Source of the DNA: the human T2T-CHM13v2.0 reference genome, Homo sapiens | Assembly: GCF_009914755.1 (NCBI RefSeq) | Contig: NC_060936.1 | Direction: 5' to 3' (one strand) | Length of the DNA stretch: 64,000 nt | Notes under the pieces: generated by a model | The model's input: the letters and a program-made list of their open reading frames with translations, nothing else | What the model was told of the DNA's origin: nothing | Databases searched by the model: none | Position numbers and translations under genes: made by a program | Shown here: in pieces, positions 1 through 11,892 of the stretch | How positions within the stretch are numbered: position 1 is the first letter of the stretch | How the letters are laid out: the number at the start of each line of letters is the position of its first letter

Positions 1-157
1 GCCGCTGCTCTGTCTATGGAGTAGCTACTCTTTTGTTTCTTTACTTTCTTAATAAAGTTGCTTTCACTTTACTCTGTGGACTTGCACTGAATTCTTTCTC
101 GTGCAAGAGCCAAGAACCCTCTCTTGGGATCTGGATTGGGATACCTTTCCAGTAACA
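1..157 (+). mobile_element. 3' end of an ERV1-class LTR (LTR8-like)
   Basis: AATAAA at 51-56, then ...caagaaccctctcttgggatctggattgggatacctttccagtaaca, a typical LTR8/MER4-group terminus ending in CA. Confidence 0.75.
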
Positions 158-2685
158 CAATCATGTCTCTGCTCCTAAGCATAAACTCAATACACTGCCA
201 GCTCCTTTCCTCTCTCATTACACACAGATGAACACCATCTTCCCCTTGTACCTGGGGAATACTTTCCAATTCCTGCTTTAAACAGAATGAAGTCTCACAG
301 AGTTCCTTGGACTTCAGCCCTTCCTTGAAGCAAACCCATGTCATCAGTAAGACTTTAAGATTGTACAGATAGCAAACAAAGACAAAAATATGAGGATATG
401 CTCCATTCATCCAAGCAGTAAAAAGATTAACTGAATCCAATTAAAGTGGTGAAGCAGTATGGGGGACGGGGTGGGTTGCAGACTCAAATAGAAACAAAGA
501 ATTAGATAATGATGTAGCTTAAGCCCAGAAGGTGGGTTCACAAAACCCACCATTTTTACTGGAAAGGTTTGTACTTGAAGTCTCCAGTTAAAGTAAGTGA
601 CTAATTTTTCAAAAGGCCAAATGCATCCATTTTTGATGCTGAAAAAATCACCCTGGAATTCACATGCTGCCTTGGGCCAAATATCTCTGACAAGAAATAA
701 ATTCAACTTGCTTGGGATAGGAGGTGCAACTCATTTTGAGATGATATAATTATTCCCTTAGTTATAGTGTATACATGAATTTTAGTTTTGGGAAGATGTA
801 GAATTAAATATTGAAAAATCAAGAGACCAAATTCACAATATTAATACTTATGTATTAAATTTAGAAACAATCTGTGTATATTTCACATTTACAGTATTTA
901 TAATGTTTAAAATAATTGGGTGTGTGAGAATATCTGAGAGACTAAGCTTCTAATTCCAACTTGAAATATGTAGTGAAGTAATTGACTTTAGATTTGCAGT
1001 TTATTGCTGAAAGGTGTAAGAGGATTTTATGGTTTGCAAACAGTATGGTATTGAAATGTTTGAGATTCATTATACTGTATTTATAAATTTAATTTAGTCT
1101 GTAAGTGCTTGGGAATGTTTTGCTTGTCAGGGTAGGTGATTAATGTGCTTAAAAAAAGAAAATTGAAAATGTTGAATTTATGAATGCAGTTTACAATGTT
1201 TTAAGGGAAATTTAATTAAACTAAGCTTGTAAACAGAGCTAGTTGAAGGGAGTTTAGTTTGTTCAACTTGAGACTATTAATCAAAGCCCCCTTATTACAA
1301 TGTGCTAGACTTACTAATAGAATAATAAGACTTACTGAACTTAAGAGGCTTAAGGGAAACTAGGCTTTAAATTTTATTATTTTAATAAGTTAAATATTAG
1401 CTTAAAAATAATATTTTTCGTACATCACACCAAACTTTCACCTCTTCCACCCTCCTCCATGGATACCACGCTAAAAGAACAGTCTTTTAATATTTTCTAC
1501 GAGCTTTTACTACTAGCAAGATTGGTAAGAAGGGGGAAAAGAAGGTTCCTGGCCTTGATGAAATTCAATAGTGCAGGAGAAAAAAATTAGGAGAGTGGAG
1601 AAGGAAAGAGAATACTTAAGACCATGAAGCCAATTTAGTTTTGCCTAAGGGGCCATTTATGTATATGGACACACATTTGTTGTAACTGAATGGTGAGGGC
1701 TCCCTTAAATAATGTAACAGTATTGTTATTCAGTTCAAATGTAATTTAATTCAGCTACAATATGAATTAAGTAGTTTTGGGGAACTAGCCTGGAAACTAA
1801 CCATTGACAAAACTGTTCAGATTGGAACAAAATTCTACAGCATTTTTGAACTTTTAAGGGTCAACATTTGAAAGTTTGATGCTAAATGTTGACTTTCACA
1901 AATGAGAGAAAAATGCAAGAATATCCAGGGTAAGTATTGGGAATTAGCTACAAATGACTTTCCCTTTCCCTGAAAGATAACAATGCATAGTTTTGTATAG
2001 AGCCCACTTTACAGAGTATGATAGTGAAGATATGTTTATCTTGCTGCTTTCATTGCAGCTTTAAAGGACCATAACTAATTTTAAGGGGCATTAATGAGTG
2101 TGGCAAGGTGATATTGGGAAGTATTAACTAACATTTTTTCTCACCTCCTTCAAAAAATCCTTTGAATATTTTCATGCTTACCATGAGGTATAGCCCCTCG
2201 AATAGACTGCACCACTTCAATTGCCTCAGAAGGAAGTAGGCACATCAAGATCAATGAAGCACAGTCTTGAAATTCTTGGTTCTTAGGCAGAAGCAAAACA
2301 GACAAGAAACAAGCAAACAAAAAGCCTGAACACGTTTCCAGGTGTGAGGGTAAAAGACTTGGATAATTACTGTTGAGCTACTGTGATACGTGTCTTCCAG
2401 TTATGCAAAATTATTCCATGAGCAGAGGGATAGAAGGGGGACCACCAACAGAAGAAGAAGCTGGACAAGAAACCAGAGTGTTACATTCTGGTAGGATCTC
2501 TGAGATTAGCTAAAACCAGGTGGGGGAGAACTTGGATCAGCCCTTGGGAAGAGGGAATGAAGAAGGCAGAGGGGAAAATTCAAAATTAACTGAGTTTAAT
2601 CCTTACATATGTTTGGGGAACTCAAAGGGAAAGAGCTTGCGCTCCATTTTCTGCTGGAACCCTGGGAGGTAGGAGCCTCTTGGAA

Positions 2686-2920
2686 CTGCCCTGTTTAGCA
2701 TGGTAGCCACTACCACTTGTAGCTATTGGACCCTGGCCATGTGTCTAATCCAAATTGTGATGTGTTACAAGTATAGAACACACCTGATTTTGAAGTCTTA
2801 GTATTAAAAAAAGAAAGTAAAATATCTCGTTAATAATTTTATAGTGATTTCATGTTGAGATGATAACATTTTAGCTATTATTGCAGCAAACAAAATGTAT
2901 TACTAAAATTAATTTTACTC
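2686..2920 (+). mobile_element. MER33-like hAT-Charlie MITE, 5' part
   Basis: ctgccctgtttagcatggtagccact...aaagtaaaatatctcgttaataattt resembles recalled MER33; the remainder resumes at 4400. Confidence 0.7.
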
Positions 2921-3103
2921 TTGGCCAGGTGATCAAGGTCAACAGCAACAGTCGTAAATTATGTTGATAGTATATAACCTGGATATTATGTGATGATAAT
3001 GGCGTTTACCTCTGCCATCTTTCTCCCAAATACCCATAACCCCAATCTAATCACGAGGAAAATATCAGAAAAATTCCAGTAGAAGGATGTCCTACAATAT
3101 ACC

Positions 3104-3465
3104 CTATATGGTTTGGCTGTGTCCCCATCCAAATCTCATCTTGAATTGTAGCTCCCATAATCACCATGTGTCATGGGAGGGACCCAGTGGGAGGTAATTG
3201 AATCATGGGACTGGTTTTTCCCATGCTGTTCTCATGATACTGAATGAGTCTCATGAGATCTGATGGATTTACAAAGGGCAGTTCCTCTGCACATGCTCTC
3301 TTGCCTGCCACCAGGTGAGACATCCTTTACTCCTCTTTCACCTTCCACCATGATTGTGAGGCCTCCCCAGCCATGTGGAACTGTGAGTTCATTGCACCTC
3401 TTTTTCTTCATAAATTACCCAGTCTCGGGTATGCTCTATTAGCAGCATAAGAATAGACTAACACG
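3104..3465 (+). mobile_element. THE1B/C MaLR solo LTR
   Basis: Full THE1 sequence with 5-bp TSD ATACC at 3099-3103 and 3466-3470. Confidence 0.92.
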
Positions 3466-3721
3466 ATACCTGACAAATAATCCTCAAGACTGTCAAAGTC
3501 ATCAAACACAAGGAATATCTACAAAACAGTCACAGTCAAGAGGAGCCCAAGGAGATATGGCAACTAAATGTAATGTTGCAACCTAGATGGATTCCTGGAA
3601 CAGAAAGGCACATTAGGTAAAAACTAAGGAAATGTGAAAAAGCTGTGGATTTTAGTTGCTAATAATGTATCAGCATCGGCTCATTAATTATACCAAATGT
3701 ACCATACTTATGTTTCAAGAT

Positions 3722-4095
<374 letters not shown>

Positions 4096-4186
4096 TGAGA
4101 ACTCTTTATACTATCTGCTCATTTCCCCCATGGAAATCTAAAACTATTCTAAAGAGTTAAGTCTATTAATTGAAAAAAAAAAAAAA

Positions 4187-4399
4187 GTCAACATCCTGGT
4201 AACATGCAGAGGGCAGGAGTAGGTTGAGATTGGGCCGGGACAAGGGAAGAGGCTTGGGAGGTGGTCAGTGAAGTCTTATTTCATGCCCTGGGTAGTAGGT
4301 ACATAGGTGTTCACCTTATGAAGCTATACATTTGTTCTGTGAGGTTTCCAGCATTTATTTTTCTTACATACAAAAAGTTAAACACAAATGAAAAGACAA
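4187..4399 (+). mobile_element. L1ME-like 3' end fragment
   Basis: gggtagtaggtacataggtgttcacc motif and A-rich end. Confidence 0.45.
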
Positions 4400-4493
4400 A
4401 CTTCACCTGTTCTTTTTTTTACCTTTTTAAAAAACATGGCTACTAGAAAATTTAAACTGTGTATCTGACACATGACATTTTTATTGGAAAGCT
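4400..4493 (+). mobile_element. MER33-like MITE, 3' part
   Basis: ttcacctgttcttttt...ggctactagaaaatttaaa...tattggaaagc continues the element broken at 2920. Confidence 0.7.
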
Positions 4494-5685
4494 TTGCCTT
4501 AGAAGCTTCCAGTGTGTCAGAATATTGTTGCATTTTATGTTTGCATGAACCTTTCACACCAGATGCTTGTCAGGCTCTAAAAGGGCAGAGAGTAGGGATG
4601 TCACTGAAATTATAGGAACAGGTTGTATGATTTTTTTGTGTGTGCCGGCTTGCCAATAAATATTTGTACATGCTGCTTGCTTTATATGATACCATCTGGT
4701 AGTGATACTGCACAGAGAAGACACATCAGTCCCTCTAAGCATGGGACACACCTGATCCTTACCAAAAGAACCTGACAATTATAAGACAGATAAGTTAGCT
4801 TAGGTCAGTTTGCAAGGAGTAAAACAAGCACAATTTCCAGAGGCCCCACAAAATGCCTAGAAATGAGCTGAGAGAGAGCGACCCTACAAAGAATTGTCAG
4901 TTTCAGTGAGGGGTTGCTGCGGAAAGCAGAAGTAGAAAGCAGAAAGTTGATCATGTCCCCTGGGACATGGGTGCCTCAATAGAAGCCAGCATGGAAGAAT
5001 GCCCATACCCCAAGTTCAGCTGAGATTTTACCCTTTTAACCAATGATGGTGTAGAATGGAAGACAGCTGCATATCAGTTTCCAATCTTGCTTCCAAGCTG
5101 TCTTAGCTTGTCTTCAGCTTGTCTTGATCCAAGCTGAACTTAGATCAGTCTTCAGGAAGACAGAATGAAGAAGGCAGAGGGGAAAATTCGAAATCAACTG
5201 AGTTTAAACCCAAGGTGGCTGAGAACATCCTGAACCGGCTGAGAAAACCTAAAAACATCATAAGTTTTCTGCCCTCATACAGACTGGGAGCTCAGGTAGA
5301 AACAAAGTTTGATCATTGAGAAATATGCTTGATATCTTCCTGGTTTTTTGTTTGTTTGCTTGTTTCTAACACCTGAGTTTTGTGGCCTAAGAAACTTGTC
5401 TGAGCCATAGCCTTCTGGCTTAGCTAAAAGATACAGCTTATAAGATACTTACTGTGCCCGTTGGTAGAGGTGCACCAAATATAACTTTTGGCCAAATACC
5501 CAAGGGCTGAGTGTTATAATCATGCCAAAAACTAATTATTGTCACCACAGAATGAATTTCTGGTTTATGCAAATGTGGTAGGTTATTTTTAAGAATGACT
5601 TTAATTATACTCCTCCCTGTATTCATGCCCCCCTTGGTATGTAACGGGAATGCCCTTCCACTCGGGTTCAGATTCTGGGCTCAGG

Positions 5686-5853
5686 GTTTTTTTGGGGGCG
5701 TGCAGGGTTTCACTCTGTCATCCAGGCTGGAGTGCAGTGGCACGATTACGGCTCAGGCTCACTGCAGTCTGACCTCCTGGGCTCAAGCCATCCTCCCACC
5801 TCAGCTTCCCGAGCAGCTGGGACTACAGGTGTGCGCCCCCACACCCAGCTAAT
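5686..5853 (-). mobile_element. AluJ right-arm fragment
   Basis: T-tract, then cactctgtcatccaggctggagtgcagtgg...cccagctaat. Confidence 0.85.
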
Positions 5854-5855
5854 CT

Positions 5856-6195
5856 AGGCTCAGTTTTGTACTTATGTTAGAGTTATCTGTGGGTCTTCCG
5901 AGTGGGGATGCCCAGAAAGCCTTTAAATATATAATGCAGGATCTCAAGAGAGATATTTGAGCTGGAAATACAGATTTGGCATCCTTAGCATATAGTCGTT
6001 GGAATGACTGACATCCCTCAGGAAGAGTGTTGGCAAAAGAGAAAAGGGCTTGGAGGCAGAACCCTGGGGCCAGAAAAGCAAGAAGTGTCTGCACAGAGAG
6101 ACAATGAAGAAAGATTTAAAAGAGAGCTAGGAGCCACAGGGAGATGATGGTTTTGAGATCTACAGAGTGGTCACAGGTATCAAAAGCAATCTAAG
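5856..6195 (-). repeat. Inverted ~330-bp copy of the L2 segment at 43390-43720
   Basis: About 22 mismatches and no gaps over a ~167-bp block, counted by hand against the reverse complement. Confidence 0.9.
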
Positions 6196-8849
6196 GTCCA
6201 AGGAAATCTTGATAGGAGCAATTTTAGGGGAATTGTCGGCTTGCTCTCTCATTGCTTTTGAATCCCTGTGACTACTGCCTTGTGACCAAGCCCAGCCTAG
6301 CCTGCTGCATGATGAGAAACCACATGGAGAAAGGAGTCAGTTATCCCAGCTGACCCAGCTAGCCTTACCAACTAGCCTTACCATCTTATGGTACAGCCGA
6401 TGACAGCATTACCACTGAGTTATTTAGCTTTTCTTTCTTCCTGGTAGTAACTCACAGAAGACTTTTGACTCCTGGACTTAAAGATATGTCTAATGGTGAG
6501 GATACAATTTTTGGAGGAGATTCCACAAATAAGAGCTCTGCGTACTATCTGAAGAAGATATACTCTACTTTCTGAAGCATTGTCATCAATTCCATTTCTT
6601 AAAATTCCTGATGTTTGCATGTACTTGCTGCCTCACACCTCCACTTTAGAAAAGTGTGTTCTTAAATCTTGGGTCCAGAAATGTGGTAATGGACCCACTT
6701 TAATTGGCTTCCAAGGTAATACAGTTCTCTGTATTTCCTTCTTCAACGTGGCCTTTGTAGTATGCAAATTTTCGCATCTTCCCTGACAAAGCATGATAGG
6801 TGCATCTTTATCGATAAGAAATGCTTGCTCTCTTAAGGACCATTGCTCTGGCTATTCAGTAGATTTTGGTGTAGGGACCACTTTCTCTGCAGGAAGTCTC
6901 TGGTGGTTAGCAAGCCCTGCTATATGGGCATTTTAATCTGCAAAGTGCTGAATTAAAGGCTCTGTTTTGTTCGAGCAGCCTTTTAAAAATGTAATAGCTG
7001 CTATTTCATCTTGTTTGAACATCTTGTATAAGTACATGACAAGTCAATTCCAAAATTCCTTGTCTGCCTTGAGGTTTGTCTTTCGCTGAAGAAAAATGAT
7101 GAAAGTGGCCTCTTATCTTCCTGTTTACAGTCAGTCATTCTGCTTCATTAGGCTGCATGCTAATTACTTTCTGAAAACACAACTGAAGATTCATGGCCTA
7201 AACAGAATTAAATTACTAAAAGCTAAATATAGCTTTGGAGATTATTTTATTTAATGTTAAGAGGGCTAAAACAAATAATTATATAAAAATTAGAATTATG
7301 AAATAATCTAATCTCTATATTCTGCCTAATGCCATTTAAATTTTTATAAAGCTTTTTGATTCAAAAAGGATATTATATTCTGCCTAAAGTTTTCTAGTTA
7401 ATGCTATCTCTATTTACATGTTAGAAATTTCTTGAAATTTTTTTTCATAACATGGAGAACTTTCATAATCATCATGAACTATTCCAGCATTTTACTCTGG
7501 CAAATTAAAAATATACATTTATACTTCAACTGAGTGATAGGAGTTCAAAGTCCAAAGCACACAAATAATTTCTTTTTACTCTCAGTTACATCTAAAATAC
7601 TTACCTATGTTTGAAAGTACACGTTCAGATATTAATAATGACTCTGAATAGCATGTCTTATTGTATTATTGTGCTGATTAAATTTGATGGTAACTATGCA
7701 TTCACTTGCTCATTGATCAAATGCACATTCAGGGAGCCCAGAAATGACATTAAAGTTGGCATTCTGTTACTCAGCCTTCCAACGGTCAAAGCCAATACCT
7801 AAACACATTTTGGCCAAATATTGTGGCTGAAGCCAAACTTTAGTACAACCCTCATTCCCAGGAAACAGTGATTGAAAGGAAGTCCAGGCATTTAGGCAGG
7901 AAGAAAAGGGCAACTATAACCACAACACCAAGAAAAATAAAAAATAAAATAAAAAAAGGCCAGCTATAATAAGCAGACATGATTTATTGCTCAAATTAGC
8001 AAGGAATATAGAGTTAGGCCAGAAATAGGATTTGGTGATCAAGGATAGAGAACTTTCTTGTGAGTTCAGGGACACTTAGATTAGATCTACCCTTTAGGAA
8101 AGTCTGCTAAATGTCATATTAATGCTAAGTTCTTTGTATGTACAGCCCAGATGTCTGCTAGGTTGATAGGCTCTGCTAATTAGTAGTTCCACCTCAACCT
8201 GCCTCCCAGCACCATCAGTGATCACAGTTATTTCCAGAAGACACCCAAAGTGTGATTCAAACCTTTCTTCTGTTGCTTGGTATCATATGTCTACCGACAT
8301 TGTCTATGCAGCTGCTTGGAGAAGGCTCCCCACCCCGCATTGCTGCCACCTTGCATGGGAGTGCCCAGGACCCTGCCAAGAACTGTACTGAAGATTTGCC
8401 TTTGGGTACTTTCAGATTTCAACCCCTGAGGTGCCTGAACAGTGTTTGCCAAGGGTTTGTTTGCCAAGGGTTTGGGCAGCGTGGTGGAGTAGCCAGGCGA
8501 ACATGGTTTCCTTCAAGATTGCTTCTAAAGCAGCTTTTCTTATGCTCAGAGCCCCTCAAATCCTCTTGAGTAGCCCCATCTGCCTCCACACTTCCCTCTC
8601 CTTGAGGGCTGAAAATAAGACACTATTTCATCACCTTTCTGGGTTTTTTCCCCTTTTCCTACTCAGCCCTTCCCCTCATGAAAACATCTCTCCTTTTCCA
8701 GTTAAAAAAACAGTCAAAAAACACCAAAAAAGCCCACCTCCATATGTGAACAGAGATAAATCAAAACTAGCCTGTGTACAGGTTAGGGGGATAGGAAGAA
8801 TACGCCGTCTCTCATCTTTCCCAGGTTTGGTTGTTGTACTAGTTTTTTT

Positions 8850-9198
8850 TTCTTTTCTTTTCTTTTTTTTGCATAACAAATCACTACAAGCTTCCTGGCT
8901 TACAATGACACCCATTTTATTATCTCGCAGTTTTATAGGTCAGAAGTTCTGTAGGTCAGAAGTGCAGGCTGGCTCTACTGGGATCTCTCCTTAGGGTTTC
9001 TTTTTTCTTCTGCTAATGGCTGGAGAAAACTTTTGGCTTTTAAAGGGCTTGTGTGATGAGATGAGGCACACTCAGACCATCTCCTTTTTGAGGAGGGATA
9101 TCTCACCATAATCACAGATTCCACCTGAACTCAAAGGGGAGGGCATTGTATAAGAGTGAGGGTCATTGGGGATCATTCTTAGAATTCTACCTACCACA
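8850..9198 (-). mobile_element. MLT1D-like MaLR LTR
   Basis: gcataacaaatcactacaa...ttagaattctacctaccaca terminus. Confidence 0.65.
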
Positions 9199-9399
9199 TA
9201 GGCATATTAGAATTATCCTTTTGATCAGGACCAAAATATACGGGTTCTCAGTCATCTCCCCTCTTCTCTGAGATTCTAGGTTTGACAGTCTGGAGCAAAG
9301 CTGAGGGACTTGTATGTTTCACAGGCCCAGCAATGTGATTCTGAGGCAGAGTCTTTTGGGGAGAGTGTTGGAATATCAACCCAAAAGGGCCTGCAATAT

Positions 9400-9560
9400 G
9401 TATATCATCTTTTATCCTGAATTAACTCTTTCAGGTTTGTATCGTTTCCTCCATTTAGAGGTGAGGAAACCAAGGTACAAAGAGTCTAAGCAACTTTCTC
9501 AAGATCTCACAGTAAGCGGGAGAAGCCAGGTTTAGCACCCAGGAAGTATGGTTTGCAAAA
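9400..9560 (-). mobile_element. MIR
   Basis: ccatttagaggtgaggaaaccaagg...aaggtacaaagagtctaagcaact core. Confidence 0.55.
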
Positions 9561-9908
9561 CTGCGTGGTTCCTCACTCTTAGAAGTGGATTAATACTAAC
9601 ATCGACCTAGAATTTTGTGAGAACCAGACAGGAGGATTTAAGCTTAGTAAGACTGAGGTGATGGCCATGAATCCCAAATACAGAGAACTAGTAGACATAC
9701 TTGATACTAGTTAAGTTTAACTTCTCTTGGACAAAGTTTGATTTTATTCACTCGGTATATCTTGAATTGCTTACCTATGTTCAGATCAACTGAACATATT
9801 TTGTTGAATGCCTATTATGCATTCCTTAATTCATTTAAAAATATAAATGAATTTATGAGCAGAAGAAAAATATTTGAATATGAGGTATGGCTTGATCCAC
9901 ATTGGTAG

Positions 9909-10238
<330 letters not shown>

Positions 10239-10903
10239 TGTAGGAGAAATTTCAAGTGGAGAAACAGATGAATATTTACCAAAATTCAGAAAGCCCTCTC
10301 ACCTGAGTATTACATAATACATATGGTCATGATGTACAAATTAAAAGAAACTCACTGTCAAACACTGATTACACTGTAAGTTCCAAAACACAGCATCAAT
10401 AATTTAGGACATTTTTATGAAGTAAAATCATATTAGCTGTTAGATATAATATTACACACTCTTATTTCCAATCCATAGCAGAAGAATGTCTTAAATATTT
10501 ATAAAGAGAATATTTTATTTGTTCAACTGTTTTATTTTCTGACCTCATTTAAAAAATTATTTCTCAAGCATATATTTTCTGCTAGTTGTGTGTTGAGACT
10601 TGTGTTAGGAGCTAGCAGTAGAAGAAATCATAAAATGTATTTCCTTCAGGAGCACATGGCCTGGTGAAGGGAGAAAAACATGCAGACAGAAAACAATACA
10701 TATTTTCCCTATGTTTTCAGGCTTTGGGATAGTTGGTAGTGTATTTATTGTATTCTTTTTTTAGATTAAACACCAAAGCCCTTGCTTTAAATTTAGCAGT
10801 GCTGAGGAATCACCTGAAAAGTTGTCTGGAGATTAAATAAAAACTTACTAAGTAGATCATTTGAAAATATAACCAGCGCTCTATTTAAAAATAAGTTTGT
10901 CCC

Positions 10904-11223
<320 letters not shown>

Positions 11224-11447
11224 AATAAGCTTGTCCCATGCTTCCTAACTTTTCTGGGACCTGTGAAATACGGGAAGTACTCTGATCGGGCAGTGATTCC
11301 GACCAGAGACATCTTGGAAGGCGCTTGCTGACTTTGTGCTAGCACTTGAATAATCTGCAGGGGATCAGGTGCTTCAGTAACAGTGCAGGAAGAAGATTCG
11401 ACTCAGAGGGAATAGCATGTGCAAAGGCACAGGGGCATAGTATAGAG

Positions 11448-11892
11448 TGACAAAGATTCTTTGCTTCACTAAACTTTGGCCAGGCATATGAAGCTTCTCC
11501 TGGGCACCTTGTAAAATCCAGTTTTAACAAGAACTCTGCTAAGCCAGTGTAGCAAGGACTCCCCCATTCTCGATATCTGATCAGATTCCTCATCCTCTAC
11601 CCTCCCCCAGGTGATGTCTGATGACCCTGACCTGTCTTCAGGAAAAATCCTGTTAGATCAGGTTAGCCAGAATTCCCCTTTTCCCTGATGTTTGCTTTTA
11701 ATAATTTCCCATCCACTGACCACTGCCCTGCTATAAATTCCAACCTGCTCATGCTGTATTCGAAGCTGAGCCCAATCTCTCTCCCTCATTGCAAAATTCC
11801 ATTGCAGTGGCCCCCATACCTATTGCAACAGTATTGAATAAATCCACCTTACTGTGCTGTAATAAGTGCAATTCAATAATTTTTCTTTAACA
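11448..11892 (+). mobile_element. MER31-like ERV1 solo LTR inserted in an L2
   Basis: TG...CA ends, gatatctgatcag motif, TATAAA near 11733, AATAAA near 11837; L2 fragments on both sides. Confidence 0.75.

Larger units (their letters stand above)
5574..6400 (+). mobile_element. MLT1F/G-like MaLR LTR, fragmented; interrupts the transposase fossil
   Basis: tgtggtagg...ctccctgtattcatgccc start; aagcccagcctagcctgctgcatgatgagaaaccacatgg in the 3' part; middle replaced by an Alu arm and an L2 copy. Confidence 0.6.
5400..8340 (-). pseudogene. Decayed BED-finger hAT (Ac/ZBED1-like) transposase gene
   Basis: Manual minus-strand translation gives hAT motifs in the correct order: ATG 8340; RKV*(W) 8268-8257; CDH*(C) 8226-8215; GGTTN 8193-8179; RHL 8156-8148; GIGFDRWKAE*QN from 7799 (first catalytic Asp); CLGH 7204-7193; RKIRGHFHH...LIQDVQTR*NSSYYIFKRLLEQ (TR*NS core 7032-7000); TFLDPRFKNTLF*SGGVRQQV from 6684; FWHD...LAKSYIWCTSTNGHSKYLIS 5530-5435. 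Many stops and frameshifts. Confidence 0.8.

Noticed and set aside
1860-1893. 10-bp inverted repeat gtcaacattt / aaatgttgac
   Set aside because: Expected by chance in 64 kb of AT-rich DNA.
4554-4800. Good minus-strand branch point and acceptor at 4772, with a 74-aa ORF
   Set aside because: No recognisable protein similarity, and not needed to complete the transposase.
6420-7170. Alternative minus-strand frame with only 4 stops in 230 codons, bounded by an apparent acceptor (7171) and donor (6455), with a phase-compatible 'exon' at 5531-5453
   Set aside because: A different frame of the same DNA carries clear hAT motifs, and homology continues through the apparent acceptor (CLGH lies upstream of it). 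The exon model is most likely a shadow of the transposase.
8431-8994. 187-aa plus-strand ORF
   Set aside because: Non-ATG start; runs through a T-tract into an MLT1 LTR.
9701-9789. Protein-like minus-strand stretch DLNIGKQFKIYRVNKIKLCPREVKLN between AG and GTATGT
   Set aside because: Short, contains a stop, weak acceptor, no family match.
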